From: Candidatus Bathyarchaeia archaeon
GTDB lineage: Archaea; Thermoproteota; Bathyarchaeia; Bathyarchaeales; Bathycorpusculaceae
Reading direction: 5' to 3'
Length of the DNA: 52,950 nucleotides
NCBI GenBank assembly: GCA_038883795.1
Contig: JAVZLK010000008.1
Location: forward strand, 1 to 52,950
Position 1 is the first letter of the stretch. The number at the start of each line of letters is the position of its first letter. The position numbers and the translations under genes are program-made. The notes under the pieces are model-generated. The model had not been told where the DNA came from. It was given only the letters and a program-made list of their open reading frames with translations, and did not search any database. Shown piece by piece: positions 48,275 to 52,950 of this stretch.

Positions 48275-49992
48275 CAAATCAGAATATACTATCCGCTCTC
48301 CCCAAGCATGATGTGGCTATTCAAAAAAATCCTAAGCCCAAACGATGTCCCCAGAACCGAATACGTAAGAACAACACTCTACATGGTTGCAGAAGCAGCA
48401 GAAAACGCCCTCAAATACGAACCAGACAAGGCATTATCCGTAGGAACAAAACACATGCCACTCGCAAGAGCAGGCGCAGTAGACCTCATGGCAGAATTCG
48501 AAGCAGACTGGGCAAGCGCAATATCAGACATAGAACACGCCATACGAGCAATAAACCCCGAACAACAAAAAACAGTAAACATAATCGCCAGACAAATACT
48601 CGCAAAAGGGACAACAGCCAACGTAACAATGCTAATAGAAGTCAGAGACTCAAAAGAACTCAAACGCTACGGATTAACAGCCGAAGAAATGCAGCTTGAC
48701 ATGCTCGCTGTTCTCTCCTCAGAAGAAGCAACAAAAAGCATAAGCCAACTCCAAGAAGCAATAGAAGCACTCAAAACCCAAAGCGCAAGAATAGAAGAAA
48801 AAGAACACGAAGAACAAAAATTCTACACGCCATCCCTAATAAGAACCATACACGACAAACTCGCAGCCTTCGTCTCAGAACAAAGACGCATCCTCGAAGA
48901 ATCAGCACAACTCCTAGCATACCTCCAACAAGCAAACCTAACCAGCCTCTTCTACAACCCCAAAGCCTCAATCAAATCAAGAGAAAATGAAGTCACAGTA
49001 TTACTAAAAGAATACAACACCATATCAAACATAGAAGACATGCTAAACAGCCAGACATCAGAAACGCCCAAAACGAAGGAATACTCTCCATAGCAATTGT
49101 TCCACCATGGGACGCTTTCCTCTTCAACGAACTATACCAAAGAAAAACAGACTATCACACCCTCATAAACACCATATCACAAAAACTCCAAAGCATAAAC
49201 CTCGGAAGAAAAATCTCCCATCCACTCCACATAATTGTCCTATTACCAAACATAAACCCAGACAAACTAACAAGGCTAATCGACGACGTAATCTCATACG
49301 CAGCCGTCAAAGACTTCCTAAACCATCTAAGAAACAAAGAAAAAATACTCGAAGAAAAATGGTAGACTACGAAAGAACAATACAGAAAAGACTAACCTTA
49401 AGACTAACAGAATTCTTCGAGGAACAGCGCAAAAAACTGGAAATAGGATTGAAAAACTCCCTCGACCGACAAGTAAGAGACGCAAGAACATCAGCACAAA
49501 GAGAACTTGTCAAACTCACCCGCAGAATAGCCACAAGCGCCCTCGAACTCTACGAAGAAATCATCTTCTACAGCATGCAATCACAAAACTTCATATCCCA
49601 AAGTCTGATCAAACTCTTCGGCGAACTTGGCGGAGAAGCCTCAAGACTCGAACAAGACGGAAAAGACTCACTTTCAGACTAATCACTCAATAAACACATT
49701 CTTCAAAAGAGTAGTAGAATCAACAGGCTTCACTTGGGACCCAACGCTCATCTCCGAAGCCATCTACAAACACTACAAATTCGAAATTGAAAGCGGAGTA
49801 ATCAGAAAACAAGACAGAATAAGCGAAATAGCAGAAAACGCATTACTTGGCACATTCGACATAAAACCCCTAAGCTTACAAGCCATAAAAGAAGCAATCG
49901 GCAAACTTTCCACATCACTCAAAGACGTAGAAAAAGAATGGAACCCCTATACGACCACATCAAAAAGGCATACAACAAAGCAGGCGACGTAG
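48275..49992 (+). pseudogene. Multiply frameshifted large helical protein fragment (weak DUF499-like similarity)
   Basis: One coding-like path with frame changes near 49070, 49360 and 49680; A/C-skewed; YYPLSP...PRTEYVRTTL motif. Confidence 0.45.
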
Positions 49993-50019
49993 ACCAAAAA
50001 CAAACCCACCTGAAAAACG

Positions 50020-52260
50020 TTTTCGAATAACTCCTAATACGACTGAGGCAATCTTCTGCAGTCTGCTCATGATACCGCAACTCAAAATCCTTCTTATGAG
50101 TCGACCTCAAAACCCTAATCTCTCTAACCTCATCCCTGTACGAAACTGTGGCTTTCGGAATCTGACTGGCTCCATTATTCTTTATTATGCTTGCTCCAGC
50201 ATCAACAATCGACTTTACACTCCTATAATTCGTAGAAATCTTAGTAACAGCAGGATTCTCAAAATACTTGTCAAAATTAATGAAAAAGTGAACGTTAGAA
50301 CCTGCAAAACCCATAATACTCTGCCAATCATCCCCAACACAAAACAACTTACACTTAGGATTACGGTCAAGCAACAGCCTAATCAGCTTATACCTCTGCG
50401 CACTAATGTCCTGATACTCATCAACTCATCAATAGCCTTGTTAATCATATCCTCAAAATCAATCTTACCCAGCCTCCTCAACTCTACTTCATAATCCCTA
50501 AAAACCCTAACAGCCAATTCTCCAAAAGCCAACTGCTTCCGAGACCACATGCCCTTACGCAGTTTCTCCTCAACCTTATCAGGAGTCAAACCATACGTCT
50601 TCGCATTCCAAATAAAATTAAGAATATCATTCGCAACAGGGTCCTTATAAGGCCCCCAAGCAACCTCAACGACCTCATCATAGCCCAACGGACTAAACTC
50701 AAAACTTCCTCCATACTTTGATTTGAGCTTCTCAATCACACGTTGTTTAAGCAAATCAAAAACCTGTCAGGATTCTCCTCATCATATTCATAAGCAAAAG
50801 TTTCAACAAGTAGCTTGTTATTCTTGTCAAACCATTCCTTCTTACACCTCATATTAATCTTGTAATTCTCACTCGACTACCCAAACCAATCAGCAACATT
50901 CCCATTCTCATCAACCAGCCCAATGTTCAACAAAAAGATCATACTCAGTAAGCCAAAAAATCGGGCCTGAAACCATCCACATCTGGTTCATACTCCACTT
51001 TGACAGCCTTTCCGTTAAGCTTATGCATCAAAAAGAAATCCAAAATCTCCTTCTCAGCTCTACTTTTAACGTGAACGCCATTTATGGCAACATAACGCAG
51101 CATCTTCTTATAACGCAAAGCACGCTCCTTATCCTCAAAATCCGCCTTCTCCTCAACGTCACGAAAACATCTAACATACCTGAGGAAGGCATCATAAAAA
51201 TCAGGCTCACTCTCCAACTTGCGTTCGTAAATTTTCTTAACCATATCAAACTTGTTCTCATCAACAATATCCGTATGCCTAATCCGCCACCCAGCCTTCT
51301 CCAAAATATTCTTGCCGAGTTTATGAAAAGTCTTCACATTAACGTCGCTGATACCATAACGAGACCGAAGCCGCTGCTTAATCTCCCTCCTCGCCTTATC
51401 CTGAAAAGCAATAGCCAAGATCCGATTAGGCTTAACGCCATCGGGCTTACGCTCAATCAAATACGCAATACGAGTAATCAAAACCTCAGTCTTACCAGAA
51501 CCTGCTGCCGCCACCACCAAATTATGCTTATCATCTTTAACTACGGCTTCCTTCTGCTCCTCATCCAAAGAAAGCCTATCCTTAACAAAAAATTATATTC
51601 CTTCTTTCGTCTTTCAATAAACTTTCTATTATAGTCCAAAATAAACTGAAGATATTCTTCCACTTCACTCTTTATGGAAGACACGAATTCTTTATCTAAT
51701 ACTTTCTTTGTTTCCAGAATAGAAAGCTCCTCTTCAAACGCTTTCAATCTGCCAATAACTCGTTCTCTATCATCATGAACAAGATAAGTGCCACCGTCTT
51801 CGATCTCCCTAATCTGCTTACGAATGTCTTCTTTCCGCTGATTAACAAAATCTGTTGCCAAGTTTAGCACAGCTTGCTCATAATCACGCAAAACTGCGGT
51901 ACCCAAAAGAGCAGAACTTTCAATGGCTTTACTCACGATCAAAGATGACACTACCTCTTTGAAAGTTGCTAAATCAGCAACATGCTGTCTTTCATCAGCC
52001 AACTCAGAATATTCTATACGGTCACCTGCCTCACGCTTGTGTCTCCTAAGGGCTTCATAGTCTTCAAAATGCCTCAAAATACTCTTCATAAGCAAATCAT
52101 TTCTCGCAATAAGCTCAGAAATTCTCTCATCAAAATCCCTGCGGATAAGAAGGCCTATCAAAAGAAAACGCAAAATCCTCAATAAGACTTTCTGTCTGTA
52201 TCTTTTCTCAAGCTCTCTTGTATTCTCCTTCAGTTCTGCGATTGCCACTTGGAAATCCAT
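50020..52260 (-). pseudogene. UvrD/helicase IV (HelD)-like SF1 helicase, multiply frameshifted and 3'-truncated
   Basis: DEEQ; AAAGSGKT; TFHKLG; RPDF; IDFEDMI; VGDDWQSIMGF; NYRS, spread over at least 4 ORFs. Confidence 0.85.
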
Positions 52261-52679
52261 TAAATCACATCAACGGCGTAAGCCACTAACTCTTCTGATC
52301 AACGCTATTTTTCCCAATCACAATAAATAGATTTTACTAAGCTGTAACTCGAAACGTGCAGTTTTGCTCTGTTGAGACAAACATCAACATAGTACGCGTA
52401 AGGGCATTGCACCCGGAAGAGAACTCGAAAATCAAAATCATTTTCCGTGTTTTCGTTATGCGGTGTTAACTTGTAATCAGGTTTTAGTTTTTCACAAAGA
52501 TGTTCCATTAGTTGCAGTTAAAAGAAACAAACAGAAACCCGCACATCACGAAAAACCGAACAAAAAAGAGGGGATTTTGCGGGAGACATCGCCCCTTTAA
52601 TATATTAGAAGCCATAAAAGACTAGCTGTAAACGTGAAATGCGCCTAACTCAAAATTAAAGTTAAGGAGTGAGCCAAGT

Positions 52680-52950
52680 TTGAAAATATTAAATTACAAA
52701 AACGTGAAAGCGGAAGAAGCTAAAGAAGAGGGAGCTTCAAAACTCAAAGTGCGATGGCTCATAACAAAAGATTTAGGAGCGCCGAACTTTGCTATGAGAC
52801 TTTTTGAAGTGGAACCTGGAGGCTACAGTCCACTGCATTCGCATCCTTGGGAGCATGAAGTATTTATCCTAGAAGGAGAGGGGCCTGTCATAAGCGAAAG
52901 CGGAGAGAAGAAAGTAGGCGGGGGCGACGCCATACTTGTTCTTCCAAACG
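52680..52950 (+). CDS. Cupin domain protein (3'-truncated by window)
   Basis: TTG start after AAGGAG; APNFAMRLFEVEPGGYSPLHSHPWEHEVFILEG. Confidence 0.9.
   Translation, partial: MKILNYKNVKAEEAKEEGASKLKVRWLITKDLGAPNFAMRLFEVEPGGYSPLHSHPWEHEVFILEGEGPVISESGEKKVGGGDAILVLPN

Noticed and set aside
48190-48699. Arg/Lys-rich ORF (also the first half of 49107-49682)
   Set aside because: Off-frame reading of an A/C-skewed coding sequence

Overview
AT-rich archaeal accessory region. Gene content and style suggest Bathyarchaeia; this is inference, as no marker gene is present. Five parts: (i) ~1-3.3 kb, decayed integrative element with a truncated tyrosine recombinase, an RHH protein, an IS110 fragment and a degenerate tRNA-3'-like att site. 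(ii) ~4-36 kb and 41-48 kb, an anaerobic catabolic island: acetylene-hydratase-like Mo/W enzyme plus Fe-S subunit, non-respiratory-type reductive dehalogenase, two 4-hydroxybutyryl-CoA-dehydratase-like genes, PhlG/phloretin-hydrolase homolog, nitrilase, cyclases, cupin, LLM oxidoreductases, Liv-type ABC transporter, CoA ligase/transferase and a BKACE enzyme, with several broken genes (glycyl radical enzyme/activase, AOR, acyl-CoA dehydrogenase). (iii) Top finding: a 3.6 kb element (37044-40636) bounded by terminal inverted repeats and an exact 13-bp direct repeat (GCTAAATTTTTAT). Its only recognisable recombinase is a solo Cas1, with no PolB, Cas2 or CRISPR array, making it a candidate PolB-less mini-casposon or Cas1 transposon. 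(iv) An intact IS110 with subterminal inverted repeats and an upstream non-coding region carrying matches to its own target site (bridge-RNA candidate). (v) ~48.3-52.3 kb, heavily frameshifted genes (UvrD/HelD-like helicase and a large unknown protein). All calls come from reading motifs by eye; no searches were run.
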